A DNA stretch of 64,000 nucleotides from a virus. The translations under genes were made by a program, and so were the position numbers. Positions 62,807 through 64,000 of the stretch are shown here, in pieces. The notes under the pieces were generated by a model. The model was given only the letters and a program-made list of their open reading frames with translations. It ran no database searches and was not told where the DNA came from. The DNA lies in the IMG/VR virus record IMGVR_UViG_3300025676_000013; one strand, 5' to 3'. Positions within the stretch are counted from its first letter, which is position 1, and every line of letters starts with the position of its first letter.

Positions 62807-63178
62807 CTACAGATATAAAGGGCCAGTCCAGCGAATCTGGTAGCCACCATCAAGAATGTTTCCACGGGGTTTGTTACGGGCAGGAGCATTATATCCTGCG
62901 GCTTTCAAAATGTCACCTTTGCGGAACATCTTGTCATCATCGACATTAACAACGAATCCCCAAACAGAATTCTGGGTCATCACTTTAACGTACTTTTTGC
63001 CGACTTTGTAGTCGATTCCTTCGTTGAACTCACCAATCATTTTCTGATTGATTGAGCCAAGTTCACCAGCAGGTGATGAACCCGAACTCTGCTTAGTCCA
63101 GCGATAATAGTCGGTTTTGATGTTTTCTACCAAGTCATTAACTTGGGGAGTCATATCGGCTTGAAGTTGGTTTGTCAT
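62807..63178 (-). CDS. Conserved early hypothetical protein of marine T4-like phages
   Basis: GKKYVKV..SVWGFV..F.KGDILKAAGYNAPARNKPRGNI...WTGPLYL. Confidence 0.8.
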   Translation of the reverse strand: MTNQLQADMTPQVNDLVENIKTDYYRWTKQSSGSSPAGELGSINQKMIGEFNEGIDYKVGKKYVKVMTQNSVWGFVVNVDDDKMFRKGDILKAAGYNAPARNKPRGNILDGGYQIRWTGPLYL

Positions 63179-63208
63179 AATATATCCTCTTATTTAATTT
63201 ATACGTAT

Positions 63209-63237
63209 ATTATAGCAAAGACTGAAGGGCTTGTCAA
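63209..63237 (-). promoter_or_regulatory. Consensus sigma70 promoter TTGACA-N17-TATAAT with extended -10 TG
   Basis: attata 63209-14, tgtcaa 63232-37. Confidence 0.88.
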
Positions 63238-63245
63238 CCCTTTTT

Positions 63246-63551
63246 TCATTTATTTTCACCTTTTTTATGACTTTTTATGACCTCATTCCGTCCAGCCAGT
63301 TGGGCCATCACAATCGTATATTCTTCATCTGTCAGACAATAAATGGCTCCATCACAGGTACAACGTGAGAAGGGCACATCTACAGTCTCGATATATTCGA
63401 CCTCAAGTGGGATGGCGCTTGGGTTCGTAAAGTTAGAAAACTTATCGTTTCCTGACGTTTCTTGACTCCAAAACGCAATCATCCCAATCAGGAAAATCAC
63501 AAAGAATAACGTGGCGTTACCCTTATCTGGGTCTTTTAAGAACTGTTTCAT
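63246..63551 (-). CDS. Hypothetical membrane-anchored protein
   Basis: N-terminal TM ATLFFVIFLIGMIAFW. Confidence 0.6.
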   Translation of the reverse strand: MKQFLKDPDKGNATLFFVIFLIGMIAFWSQETSGNDKFSNFTNPSAIPLEVEYIETVDVPFSRCTCDGAIYCLTDEEYTIVMAQLAGRNEVIKSHKKGENK

Positions 63552-63570
63552 ATCTGCCTTATTTTAAGAT

Positions 63571-63834
63571 TTATCCTACAGACGGAACATCCATAGGTTT
63601 AAAGTCATATTTAATATTCTGCAATACCCTGCCGCTTGACTTAATCGTCATATGCTCGTGTGTCCACCCGTGAGGTGCTTTAATAACCTCAAACGCATAT
63701 GTACTCAAGTTCAATAGTGCTTCGACATTACACTCTTTTTCATTCCACAAGTGTGGGACATCTGCTTCATTGATATAGAATATGTGGTCATCACGTTCAA
63801 TGGCGTGGAAAAGTTGATTCCCTATACTAACCAT
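63571..63834 (-). CDS. Hypothetical protein (start re-assigned to MVSIGN, GGAG SD)
   Basis: Co-oriented ORF with an SD. Confidence 0.6.
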   Translation of the reverse strand: MVSIGNQLFHAIERDDHIFYINEADVPHLWNEKECNVEALLNLSTYAFEVIKAPHGWTHEHMTIKSSGRVLQNIKYDFKPMDVPSVG

Positions 63835-64000
63835 TGATACTCTCCGGAGCAACAGAAAAAGGAGGAAGAGTTAATCGATGTGCATTTCTGCGACATTCAT
63901 TAAATCCCTCCATATAGTCAAAGTGCATTTCATCTACAGCGGCTTGTTGCTCAAAACCGTCAGGCTTAACTTGCGGTTTTTCATCAAATTCAGCGGCAAC
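63827..64000 (-). CDS. Partial hypothetical ORF entering from the right edge
   Basis: Open frame VAAEFDEKPQ...SING* to TAG at 63827. Confidence 0.45.
   Translation of the reverse strand, partial: VAAEFDEKPQVKPDGFEQQAAVDEMHFDYMEGFNECRRNAHRLTLPPFSVAPESING

Noticed and set aside
1-64000. Alternative genetic code, tRNA or rRNA genes
   Set aside because: Core genes are full length under the standard code, and no cloverleaf or rRNA-like sequence was seen in the short intergenic gaps.

Overview
This is 64 kb of a T4-like myovirus genome with marine cyanophage/pelagiphage-type gene order; the host cannot be determined from this window. Left to right: partial terminase gp17, gp16, neck/tail-completion genes gp15-14-13, and a sugar-modification island (hldE, cupin, hldD, two NodU/CmcH carbamoyltransferases, GT9-like glycosyltransferase). 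Next come two Cys/Gly-rich fibre-tip plus chaperone cassettes, three very large structural genes (1194, 2570, 1812 aa), the baseplate module (gp8, a 2423-aa gp7-like protein, gp6, gp25, PAAR, gp5, hub, gp53, gp48), then gp4, gp2, gp54, gp26/gp51, a tape-measure-like gene and a gp23/24 paralogue. The right end holds gp32, thyX, gp59, gp33 and sigma70-driven early genes. Five things stand out. (1) A glucose/sorbosone (PQQ-type) dehydrogenase propeller is fused into the baseplate wedge protein, alongside cupredoxin-like domains and about 30 HxH motifs in virion proteins, which suggests a metal-loaded, possibly redox-active particle. (2) A likely -1 frameshift (T TTT TTC with an SD 10 nt upstream) joins gp26 to gp51 just before the tape-measure gene. 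(3) A ~20-aa Cys-x-Cys-GTW micro-module appears in several virion proteins and is nested inside itself in one. (4) A candidate carbamoyl-heptose pathway sits under a consensus host-type promoter. (5) Two tandem paralogue pairs are DNA-identical near their 5' ends. All calls come from motifs and synteny read by eye; no database or HMM search was run.
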